This document shows, in pieces, positions 1 to 9,580 of a stretch of 15,061 bases of DNA (positions are counted from its first letter, which is position 1; every line of letters begins with the position of its first letter). Origin of the DNA: Octopus sinensis (Eukaryota). The notes beneath the pieces were generated by a model, which did no database searches, was not told where the DNA came from, and worked only from the letters and a program-made list of their open reading frames with translations. The position numbers were made by a program, and so were the translations under genes. The stretch lies in assembly GCF_006345805.1 (NCBI RefSeq), contig NW_021825557.1:1-15061 (forward strand), given 5' to 3'.

Positions 1-130
1 GCAGTAGCAGAAACTCAATGTGGGAACCGGAAGTAGTAATTATTATTAACAATAATATTACTATCGCTTGTGATAATGTTTATTCTTACTGCTTTTATTG
101 ACATCACTGTTTATATAAAATATAATTCTT

Positions 131-192
131 GTGTGTGTGTAGAGAGAGATAGAGAGATAGAGAGAGTGAGAGAGTGAGTGAGAGAGAGAGAG
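131..192. repeat. Compound (GT)n/(GA)n/(GAGAT)-type microsatellite
   Basis: Direct reading: gtgtgtgtgt agagagagat agagagatag agagagtgag... Confidence 0.9.
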
Positions 193-372
193 GCAATTAT
201 GTGGAGAGAGGCAATTAGATGTATTAAACGTAATAGTCTGTACATGAAATGCATATTTGTATACGTGCAAAATGAAAGGAAGCAAAAAGTGGAGCCTCTC
301 AGACGATGGATATCTTTAGATATAAATCTATAGATATTTATATCAACAGACTCAACTTACACAGAGTATGTA

Positions 373-490
373 CGTGGAGCTTTTAGGTGTTTTCGTTCAA
401 TAAACACACACAACGCCCGGTCTGGGAATCGAAACCGCGATCCTACGACTGCGAGTCCGCTGCCCTAACCACTGGGCCATTGCGCCTCCA
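373..490 (-). mobile_element. tRNA-derived SINE, 5' head fragment (3'-truncated)
   Basis: Minus strand reads TGGAGGCGCAATGGCCCAGTGGTTAGGGCAGCGGACTCGCAGTCGTAGGATCGCGGTTTCGATTCCCAGACC, with Pol III A box (TGGCCCAGTGG) and B box (GGTTTCGATTCC) at tRNA spacing. It aligns by eye with the SINE head at 5476-5543. Confidence 0.85.
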
Positions 491-847
491 CTCTATCGAG
501 CTATTTATCTCATCGCATCATTTTCCGTCCGCCCGTCCCCCCCCCTCTCTGTCTGCTTCTCTCTTTCTCTCGCTCTCTCCTTACACAAATACATACGTCT
601 ATCTTTCTTGAGCTGAGTTTCTCTTGGCGTGACCCTCTTGGAAGGAAAGATGGAGGTTGTGAGGCTGGAAAACGAGGCGAACAAATGGTCACGTTTAGAA
701 GAATTAAAATGATTTTAAATGTTTTCGACTTAACCGACACTTATAACGAAAAAGGAAAAAAAAATTATATTCATGCAAACACTTAATACGCAATTACAGT
801 CGTGGAAAAGTCATGTTAACCATTCAAACACGCACAAAGACAACTGC

Positions 848-1066
848 CATTTAAACAGGCTATATCCGGTTCAAAAATATTCTACCTGTTTTGTGTTCAA
901 GCCAACCGGATCTAACCTCTTGCATCTATCCTACAATACAATGTTATTCTAAAAGTAAACAGTTGCTCGTCGAAATTTGAAACATACGAAATGCATGATT
1001 AAATCAAAACAATGTGATTAATTAAGCATTATTCTTGACAGAATAATTTGATTGCTAAAGGGTTAA
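848..1066. mobile_element. piggyBac-like MITE remnant (right end intact)
   Basis: Ends in TGCTAAAGGG-TTAA, i.e. a CCCT-type terminus plus TTAA target site (established piggyBac signature). The matching left terminus is not visible. Body extent comes from recall of a similar octopus repeat. Confidence 0.5.
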
Positions 1067-1534
1067 ATATTTAACATTTAGTGTCAAAGTCTCGCTGCAC
1101 CAACTGCGATTTGGTGGCCGACGTGCGTCTACTGCACCTGGCTTGCGGTGAGGTTGTTTGTCGTCACATAAAGGTTCCGGTGTTATAAATGTTGTCATCG
1201 ATGGAAGTTAGTCGTTCCGGTTAGGGATTCATAGTTGCTCAGTTAGTTTGGTGGTAGGTTGTATTTCATACTCCCTCTTTTCTTTCTTTTCTTCTCTCTT
1301 CCTTCAGTATCGAATATAGCAAGTCAGAAATTAATGATCCCAAAGTAGAGGTGTCCTCTTATTCTTTTAATTACTAATTTTGTCCACAGATCCTTGATTC
1401 CAGACACATACAACCATAAGTGGTCTCTTTGATTTTTCAATCGATTTGCGACATTCTCTTCCGTCTTACTTCACATCCAGATGTCCGAACAGGTCAACAT
1501 ATTCCAGAAACGACAAACAGGGGGCGTAAGTTGT

Positions 1535-1635
1535 CTATAGTGAAAACAAATTGCCCATGGTAACACACATGGGACTGAACCTGGAACCATGTGGTTGGGT
1601 AGTAAACTTCTTACCACACAGCCACGCCTGCGCCT
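1535..1635 (-). mobile_element. tRNA-derived SINE head fragment (family B)
   Basis: Minus strand AGGCGCAGGCGTGGCTGTGTGGTAAGAAGTTTACTACCCAACCACATGGTTCCAGGTTCAGTCCC: A box TGGCTGTGTGG, B box GGTTCAGTCC, followed by CCATGGGCAA (CORE-like). Similar to 2637-2782. Confidence 0.8.
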
Positions 1636-1734
1636 AATTGTAAAAAGACCCTGTTATTGTTTTTCTAATTCTAAAATATTCTATAAAATATATTTTGCCT
1701 TAGATTGTAACTTCTTTTCCTCTTGAAATAGCTA

Positions 1735-1807
<73 letters not shown>

Positions 1808-1816
1808 CTCTATCTC

Positions 1817-1851
<35 letters not shown>

Positions 1852-1852
1852 G

Positions 1853-1907
<55 letters not shown>

Positions 1908-1932
1908 GTCTGTCTGTCTGTCTGTCTGTCTG
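1735..1932. repeat. (TATC)n microsatellite grading into (TGTC)n
   Basis: Direct reading; a few TCTC and TGTC interruptions. Confidence 0.97.
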
Positions 1933-2173
1933 TGTATGTATGTATATACACACATTCACACTCATACACACACATCTACATAATGCACATATATGTATAC
2001 ATACATTTGCACCCCCCACACACACACATACGTATATGTATACACACATACCTATCTACCTACATACTTTTATGCATTCAAATAGACCGTATAAACCCAC
2101 CATTATAAATATTTACAGAGTATTTTAATGGATACTTGTTACATAACTAAAATATAAACACAATCGTACTCAT

Positions 2174-2210
<37 letters not shown>

Positions 2211-2285
2211 AACCCACACATATATATATATATAATAATATATATATATATATATATTTACATATATATATATACACATGCACAT
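1933..2285. repeat. Degenerate (CA)n/(TA)n/(CATA)n low-complexity patches
   Basis: Direct reading; cleanest (CA)n at about 2177-2208 and (TA)n at about 2220-2275. Confidence 0.8.
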
Positions 2286-2363
2286 GTTTACAATGATACA
2301 ATAAGTAGTTAGTTCCAGTACAAATTGAAGCAAGACTTCACCATCATCGCCATGGCCGCCATA

Positions 2364-2393
2364 ATCATTATCATCATCATCATCATCATCATC
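2364..2393. repeat. (CAT)n microsatellite
   Basis: Direct reading. Confidence 0.9.
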
Positions 2394-2636
2394 GTCTCCA
2401 TTAGAGCAACCAACTTCATCCTTAGTGTAAGTGGTTCTTAATTAAACACGGGAGATTTACGAGGTTACTTGTTTCGGTTAATTAAGGTCACTCACAATGA
2501 AGTGGTCCCCTCCCCACCGCCAGCAAAATCTTCGTAGAAGACAAAGCAATCGCCAGTTCTCCACCCTACCAGGTTTACCACTGAAATATTTCGAAAAGAA
2601 AGGGAACCATGATTGGCCCTTCGAATAGTTATCGAT

Positions 2637-2782
2637 GGCGTGCCTGTGTGGTTAAATACTTCCCTTCGCAACCACGTGGTTTCAATTTCAATCCTGATGT
2701 GGAGCTTTTAAAAAACCATAATTTCAAGTCAACCAAAGCCTTGTATGCGACACTTTGATAAACGGAAACTGTGTGAAGCTCA
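2637..2782 (+). mobile_element. Degenerate tRNA-derived SINE (family B)
   Basis: GGCGTGCCTGTGTGGTTAAATACTTCCCTTCGCAACCACGTGGTTTCAATTTCAATCC parallels the reverse complement of 1535-1635. Downstream ACCAAAGCCTTG...ACGGAAACTG matches the recalled family body. Confidence 0.65.
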
Positions 2783-2868
2783 TAAGAAAAATCATTCCTG
2801 TTTCTGGGTGGCAGAGTTAATTCATTGGTAGATTTAAGACCTGCACTTAGTCTTTGATTACCTTAAAC

Positions 2869-3040
2869 CAGTGGCTGTCAACCGAGATCTACATAGCCCT
2901 TAGGGGTCAATATGGCCCCTTGAGGTCAATATAAGATTTTGATCTTGAAGTTTATGCGCAATAAATTGGTCATACGTCTACAATATACAAAATATATCAA
3001 CAATTTTTATGTTATTCATAATAATATTTAATTACAGAAT
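2869..3040. mobile_element. hAT/Charlie-like MITE, left portion
   Basis: Starts CAGTGGCTGTCAACC (CAGTGGTTCTCAA-type hAT terminus). Shares GGCCC..GAGG..ATATAAGATTTT with a second copy at 10068. No right terminus seen. Confidence 0.55.
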
Positions 3041-3053
3041 AAATAAAAGAACC

Positions 3054-3159
3054 CATCTGCCCCGGACTGCAAAGGTCAATCAGACGGAATTGAAACTGAG
3101 AATGTAGACAACTGGAACAAACACAAGACATTTTCCCTACCACTCTAACAATTCAGCTA
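3054..3159 (-). mobile_element. Highly degenerate SINE 5' fragment (family C, related to 5592-5825)
   Basis: CGGAATTGAAACTGAGAATGTAGA resembles the reverse complement of TACGTTCTGAGTTCAAATTCCG in the 5592 SINE; GCAAAGGTC resembles the reverse of GTCGACTTTGC. Confidence 0.5.
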
Positions 3160-3191
3160 AAATGGTGAGAGACAAAAGTTGATGAGAAGTG

Positions 3192-3280
3192 AGTGAGATT
3201 TATATTCAAAACGTAGAGAACTAGAACCAACACCGAAATAATTTTGTCTGAAACTTTAAAGAATTTTGATCCACCGTCTT
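3192..3280 (-). mobile_element. Second degenerate SINE head fragment (family C), in tandem with the previous one
   Basis: GATTTATATTCAAAACGTAGAGAACTAGAAC...ATTTTGTC...CCACCGTCTT parallels 3085-3159 and the reverse of the family C head. Confidence 0.45.
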
Positions 3281-3706
3281 GAAATCCTATTAAGTTATTA
3301 ATCTATTCACCGTGTTCAGTGACAAGAAGCTTTCAACGTCGAATGAACAAATTGTTCTCATCAAACTGTGCTCGGTAGTTGACATCATACGATGGCAGAC
3401 GATCTTATACACAGATGTAGCTTTTGACCTTTAGTAATAACCATAGTTCAGGCGATAGCCACAGTGACTTTTAGCATCTTCAGATCATTCTGACATATCT
3501 GAAAACATTTGTTTTTTTGTTTAGGGCATGTGACTAAACATGGCGGATAGATTCATCGACTAAATTGGTTGATAAGTTTAGAGACAAACAAAACAAAACC
3601 CAGAATAAAAGGAAATATGAAGAAAAGTAGGAAATTTACACATAAATGAGCAAATAAGAAAAATAAATGGGATTAGTATGTTATTTAATAATTGTAAACT
3701 GCAATC

Positions 3707-3817
<111 letters not shown>

Positions 3818-3878
3818 GTACATGTGTGTGTATATATATATGTGCGTGTATGTATATATATATACATAGATATATACT

Positions 3879-3911
<33 letters not shown>

Positions 3912-4320
3912 ATATATTTATATATGTTTATGTATATATATGTGTGTATGTATGTATGAATGTATGTTTTTATGTATATGTATATATATATATGCATATA
4001 TGAACATATGTATATACATATATATGTATATGTGCATAAATATATATGTATTTATATACTTACACACGCACATATATAAACACACGTAACATATATACAT
4101 ACATATATCAATACATACGTACACACACACACACTCATACACACATACACATAAACACACACACACATATATACATGCATACATATATATATATACATAT
4201 ACTTATATACTTTTATACATACATACAATATATATATATAGACATACATATATATACATGCATACATACATGCATGCATACATACATACATACATACATA
4301 CATACTACATACATACATAC

Positions 4321-4364
<44 letters not shown>

Positions 4365-4402
4365 ATATATATATGTATACACACACACACACACACATAT
4401 AT
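3818..4402. repeat. Long degenerate (TA)n/(TATG)n/(CA)n/(CATA)n low-complexity tract
   Basis: Direct reading; source of many spurious Y/I/M/H/T ORFs. Confidence 0.92.
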
Positions 4403-4653
4403 ACTTATGTCTGTGCGTATGTCTTATAACATCAATGAAGGCCACGTAGTCAGTTCCTTGGTTGCCGATGTCCTACATGTGAATGACGTCAGCTAAAATG
4501 TCATCCGAAATATGTCTCTGAAACGAATGCGAAAGAAACACAACTGATATCCTTTACTGCAATTTCATCAATTATTTTCCCTAACGAAACAATACTAATT
4601 ACTTCCGGTGGTCTTTCGACCAATTTACTTGGTACAGGATGAGATCGTGAAAA

Positions 4654-4790
4654 GGAGTGGCCTTGCGGTTACGGTGTTAGGCTGGCGACCGTAAGATGTT
4701 GGTTTCAGTTCCCACACTGGGCAAAAAGTTGTTTCCTTGTACTAAACACTTCACTCCATGTTTCTCCGGACAATCAGGTGTAAATGAGAA
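4654..4790 (+). mobile_element. Degenerate tRNA-derived SINE 5' half (family A)
   Basis: GGAGTGGCCTTGCGGTTACGGTGTTAGGCTGGCGACCGTAAGATGTTGGTTTCAGTTCCC has A-box-like and B-box-like motifs. GTTTCCTTGTACTAAACACTTCACTCCATGTTTCTCC parallels the reverse complement of 5425-5470. Confidence 0.6.
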
Positions 4791-5221
4791 ATGGTGCTCT
4801 GCTCAGGTGAAATGTTGTGAGCTTGGTCACTTATACACCGTGAGGTTAATTATTATGAATTCACATCGCTGAAATGATGACCAACCGAATGTTGGTGAAA
4901 CCTACCCTCCTTCCACCTTTCACATCATGGATGTTCTGCTGGATCCAGGACAGATGGTCCGAGAGAGTAAATGCCTCTAGACATTGGCTCAACTATTAGC
5001 AAAAGCGAGGCAAATGATATCAAGTCATACTCACTCGCGAGTGACAGCCGTGGGTTTTATTCTATAGAAAACCCTAAACACGCGAGAAGAGGTCAGGATT
5101 TGCCTGACAACAATTATAAAAAAGCTAAATCTGTCTTCCTGTTTAACACCCCAATTGATCCCTTGGTTGTACTTCGCGGTGGTCGCTCTGTTGCAAGCTT
5201 CCAAGTTTGGTCTCTCTCTTC

Positions 5222-5543
5222 TGGCTTTCCGTCGGTTACGACGATAAGGGTTCCACTGGATTCAATCAACGGAACACCTTGCTTGCGAAAGTAAAGTGCA
5301 ATTGGCTGAGTACTCCACAGACACACGTCCCCTTAAAATTATTTTCAGGGAGATTCAGTGTGACTCCGTACGTGACAAGGCTGGTCCTTTGAATTACAGG
5401 TAAAATTCCTTTTTGCCAGCTGAGTGGGCTGGGGAAATGTGAAATAAAGTGTCTTGCTCAAGGACCCAACATATCGCCGGGAATCGAACACATGACCTTA
5501 TGATCGTGGGCCGAATATCTTGACCATTAAACCACGTGCCTTC
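5222..5543 (-). mobile_element. Near full-length tRNA-derived SINE with CORE-like segment (family A)
   Basis: Minus strand: A box TGGTTTAATGG, B box GTTCGATTCC, then GTCCTTGAGCAAGACACT (5448-5465), similar to the CORE-SINE motif GACCTTGGGCAAGT. About 320 bp. Octopus OR-type SINEs are established CORE-SINE relatives, but exact family assignment is unverified. Confidence 0.85.
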
Positions 5544-5591
5544 TCCGTGTGTATTCGCAGTAATTACGTGATCATTATTCACTGATTGTTC

Positions 5592-5825
5592 CATAAGGCA
5601 GCGAGCTGGCAGAAACGTTAGCGCGCCGGGCGAAATGCTTAGCGGTATTTCGTCTGCCATTACGTTCTGAGTTCAAATTCCGCGAGGTCGACTTTGCCTT
5701 TCATCCTCTCGGGGTCGATAAATAAAGTACCAGTTTCGCACTGGGTCGATGTAATCGACTTAATTCCTTTGTCTGTCCTTGTTTGTCCCCTCTATGTTTA
5801 GCCCCTTGTGGGTAGTAAAGAAATA
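5592..5825 (+). mobile_element. Full-length SINE (family C) with 16-bp target-site duplication
   Basis: Flanked by TATTCACTGATTGTTC (5576-5591) and TATTCGCTGATTGTTC (5826-5841), 15/16 identical. B-box-like GAGTTCAAATTCC; central GTCGACTTTGCCTTTCATCCTCTCGGGGTCGATAAATAAAGTACCAG; A-rich end AAAGAAATA. Confidence 0.88.
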
Positions 5826-5955
5826 TATTCGCTGATTGTTCAAGATAGATACTATTTCTAGCAGGTAAAGCTTGGCTGATTTACGCCATCTTGGTAGGCG
5901 TTTGTCAGATGACGTCAGAGATCAAGGAGGAGATAAATGATATTCGCTTCGTAAT

Positions 5956-6031
5956 GGATAGATAGACAAACCGATAGATAGAGGAGGATAGATAAAGAGT
6001 GAGAGAGGGAGAGAGGGAGATGGATAGATAG

Positions 6032-6086
<55 letters not shown>

Positions 6087-6105
6087 GAGATGAAGAGAGA
6101 GAGAG
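5956..6105. repeat. (GATA)n and (GA)n microsatellites
   Basis: Direct reading. Confidence 0.92.
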
Positions 6106-6189
6106 TTAATTGAAAGTTTCTAGGAGTGAATATATTTAGTTGTCGTATGAGATGGCGACAAATACATGATGTTTCGGACCAAAGCTCTT

Positions 6190-6226
6190 TGTTGGAATGT
6201 AATCAAGTCCTGATTACATTCCAACA
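6190..6226. repeat. Perfect 16-bp inverted repeat with 5-nt spacer
   Basis: TGTTGGAATGTAATCA (6190-6205), AGTCC, TGATTACATTCCAACA (6211-6226); the arms are exact reverse complements. Confidence 0.97.
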
Positions 6227-6966
6227 TATATATGCACGTATGCATCAAGACTAGTTCAAAATGCCCGCTAATTCCATGTGCTACATGGTAAAATATCACC
6301 GCAGTAAATACAGTGACGAAATAAACTTAAATTTATATAAATAAGGATAAGATCGTTAATTTATATGTATATATGTATATATGTATATATGAACGCATGC
6401 ATGTGCAAGTATGTAAGTATCTAAGATATGTCTAGTATTATTTCAAGATTTCTCACCAATGGAGAAGGAGCTCGTTTCTAACCTAGATCCAAGGTTCCTT
6501 CGTTGGAGTTTCTACAAAATCAACAAGCCAGTGCGTATATGTGCAAGTATTTAGAGTCAGTGCATGTGTGCACATCTGTAAAGTACATATGTATATAGGT
6601 ATGTATATAGGTATGTATGTATATCTGCCAGAATGCCATGTTTTCGTTCCCGAATCAAGTGTAGCGAAAACTTCAAAAGTTTTCACACAGAACAACAACA
6701 ACACTGATAAAGAATTGTGATTCTACAACACGTAACCTAACTGCTGCGATAAAAACAATAATATATATTAAAAAAAACCAAATAATTAAACATGAGTAAA
6801 ATAAATAGTGTTAAACAAAGGATGCCGCTAGTAATGTTTATATTTTCTGTCTTCCCTCACCGGTAAACGAAACCAATTTATTCCCATTTGGAAATGTTTC
6901 TATACACTAATTGGGTTCACAGATCATCGCTGGCTTCTTTCGTTGCCAACTGTTGACTGAATCCGC

Positions 6967-7294
6967 CTGGCTGGCTGGTTGGTTGGCTGGTTGGCTGGTT
7001 GGCTGGTTGGCTGGCTGGTTGGTCGGCTGGTTGGTCGGCTGGTTGGCTGGTTGGCTGGTTGGCTGGTTGGTTGGCTGGTTGGCTGGTTGGCTGGTTGGCT
7101 GGTTGGCTGGTTGGCTGGTTGGTCGGCTGGTTGGCTGGTTGGCTGGTTGGTCGGCTGGTTGGCTGGTTGGCTGGTTGGTCGGCTGGTTGGCTGGTTGGCT
7201 GGTTGGTCTGCTGGTTGGCTGGTTGGCTGGTTGGTCGGCTGGTTGGCTGGTTGGCTGGTCGGCTGGTTGACTGGTTGGCTGGTTGGCTGACTGG
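6967..7294. repeat. Compound GGYY tandem repeat (GGCT/GGTT/GGTC units)
   Basis: Direct reading; the dominant unit is GGCTGGTT with periodic GGTC insertions. Confidence 0.97.
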
Positions 7295-7379
7295 CGGCAA
7301 AACTCTCCGTTCATCAGCTCACTGCAACTACTGCCACACTGTTTTGCTCTTCTCTTTCTCGCCTCTCCTTCTGCATGTT

Positions 7380-7385
7380 ACACAT

Positions 7386-7416
<31 letters not shown>

Positions 7417-7627
7417 CACACACACACCAAACATACACACACACACATACACACATACAAACATACACACACACACACACATACACACATACATACACAC
7501 ATACACACATACACACACATACAACACACACCACACACATACAAATATACACACACACACATACACACACACACACATACAAACATACACACACACACAT
7601 ACAAACATACACACACACACACACACA
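7380..7627. repeat. (CA)n/(CATA)n microsatellite
   Basis: Direct reading. Confidence 0.95.
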
Positions 7628-7692
7628 TTAAAAATGGTGAAGGCCGGTACATGGGTTTACCTCAGGTTTCCCGTCTACAGGAACATTGTGCT

Positions 7693-7796
7693 CTTCTTCT
7701 TCTCTTCTTATTCTTCTTCTCTTCTTTTCCTCCTCCTCCTCCTCCTCCTCCTCCTCCTCCTCCTCCTCCTCCTCCTCCTCCTTCTTCTTCTTCTTC
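7693..7796. repeat. (CTT)n-(CCT)n-(CTT)n trinucleotide repeat
   Basis: Direct reading. Confidence 0.95.
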
Positions 7797-8439
7797 CCTG
7801 CCAAGAATTCATAACAACCTCGAACCCACAAGAGTAAACAAGAGAGACAGAGACAGGCAGAAACAAGGAAAATACCACTTGTATTTGAACACTATACAAA
7901 TATTCTTTTAAAATACTTTACATTTAATTTTTCCCAAATTCAATTGTTTTCCACACTTACAGTTGAAAAAGTCTCAATGACCGAAACCGGTACTGAAGTG
8001 TTTTATTATAAAATTATTTTAGCATTTTCTACCTTGACTTTTTTGTCCCATATATATACTTGTATCAGGTCACTTGTGAGGTCTCTCAGGACTGCTACTG
8101 GTAACATGCAATCAATTACAACCTGTTGCTGGTCGGGTCATCGGCAACTGAGGTGCCCCCCACCCCGCTCCTCTCACTATGCTTGTCTGGTGAGCTGGGT
8201 TGCTTGAAACCCATCAGGACTAAAAACAAAACCTGTCAAAAGGACGGCTCTATCTAGTACAGATTCAGCGACTGTCGACCAATAAATAACAACACGGGTC
8301 TTCACAAATTACTGGTTGGTGTCTGGCCTGCAGAAAGACCACCGAGTGTGAGACTCATGGTGTTCCCACATTCCTGAGCCTGCGACCCATATTGGCTTTG
8401 GATATTTCCCTTGTCTTTGGATAATATCAGTATGATGGT

Positions 8440-8558
8440 GAGGGTCTGTGAGGTGGTGTAGGAGCCTTATTGGATCTGAAATTATAAGGTTGTGCAATTG
8501 AAGACGAGGGCGCTGCGAGGGTCTGTGAGGTGGACCTGAAATTATAAGGTTGTGCAAT
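8440..8558. repeat. Local imperfect tandem duplication
   Basis: GAGGGTCTGTGAGGTGG at 8440-8456 and 8517-8533; CTGAAATTATAAGGTTGTGCAAT at 8476-8498 and 8536-8558. Confidence 0.95.
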
Positions 8559-8726
8559 CGACCACGAGGCGACTTTCCGGTGCCCGGGCGAGTAGTAAGT
8601 AGGTGGGCCCCTGCACTGAGCATGGAAGCTACGAACGCGGGTGCGGTAACCTCATACACGGGCGTTGCTGGCATTTTGCACGGGCAGTGGTCAGTGATAG
8701 TCTTCCTCAGTCACTAGTTGATAGCT

Positions 8727-8763
<37 letters not shown>

Positions 8764-8783
8764 CCACCACCACCACCGTCGTC

Positions 8784-8815
<32 letters not shown>

Positions 8816-8832
8816 CATCATCATCCTCATCC

Positions 8833-8872
<40 letters not shown>
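8727..8872. repeat. (CAT)n microsatellite with CAC/CGT/CCT variants
   Basis: Direct reading; explains the poly-His, poly-Met and poly-Ile ORFs. Confidence 0.97.
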
Positions 8873-9020
8873 ATTTACAGATTTACATATTTCCATGTCT
8901 AGCCAATTATAGAATTCCCGCTCTTTAATAATATTCGGTGCCCGACACAAAAAAAGAAGGGATTTGGAAGAAAAAAAAGGACCTACAAGAATTCTGTTTA
9001 GCCGGAATATGTGTATCGAA

Positions 9021-9480
9021 TGTATGTATGTATGTATGTATGTATGTATTTATGTATGTATGTATGTATGTATGTATGTATGTATGTATGTATGTATGTA
9101 TGTATGTATTATGTATGTATGTATGTATGTATTATGTATGTATGTATGTATGTATGTATGTATTTATGCATGTATGCATGTATGCATGTGTGTGTATGTA
9201 TGTATGTATGTATGTATGTATGTATGTACGTATGTTTGTATGTATGTATGTTTGTATGTATGTATGTATGTATGTTTGTATGTATGTATGTATGTATGTT
9301 TGTATGTATGTATGTTTGTATGTATGTATGTACGTATGTGTGTGTGTATGTATGTATGTATGTATGTAGTATGTATGTATGCATGCATGTATGTATGCAT
9401 GTATGTATGTGTGTATGTATATATGTAAGTATGTATTTATGTGTCTATCTATTTGTTTATCTATCTATCTATCTATCTTT
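9021..9480. repeat. (TATG)n microsatellite with TTTG variants, ending in (TATC)n
   Basis: Direct reading. Confidence 0.96.
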
Positions 9481-9526
9481 ATACATATGACTATTTCCCA
9501 TGCCCCTCGACAACTAAGAATACCAC

Positions 9527-9580
<54 letters not shown>
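9527..9580. repeat. (TCTG)n-(TC)n microsatellite
   Basis: Direct reading. Confidence 0.95.

Noticed and set aside
421-490. tRNA gene on the minus strand
   Set aside because: A and B boxes are present but there is no proper acceptor stem or cloverleaf, and it continues into SINE body; it is a SINE head.
3366-3379. 14-mer CTGTGCTCGGTAGT identical to 14544-14557
   Set aside because: No similarity beyond 14 nt; roughly 0.4 such matches are expected by chance in a 15-kb self-comparison.
4871-4901. ATGATGA-CCAAC/GTTGG hairpin-T-GAAAC, hammerhead-like or snoRNA C-box-like
   Set aside because: C3 is missing, there is an extra base before GAAA, and no stem III/NUH or stem I closure; no correctly placed CTGA D box.
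5031-5044. 14-bp palindrome TCACTCGCGAGTGA
   Set aside because: About one 7-bp-arm palindrome is expected by chance in 15 kb.
4971-5294. 107-aa ORF MPLDIGSTISK...
   Set aside because: No recognisable domain, and the 3' part runs through the antisense SINE tail.
6165-6195. Minus-strand AAGAGCTTTGGTCCGAAACATC as a hammerhead remnant
   Set aside because: No CUGNNGA core and no convincing stem II; noted only as context for the hairpin.
7305-7320. Canonical CTGATGA on the minus strand
   Set aside because: Not followed by a stem II and GAAA.
8603-8950. Poly-His, poly-Met and poly-Ile ORFs
   Set aside because: All arise from the (CAT)n microsatellite.
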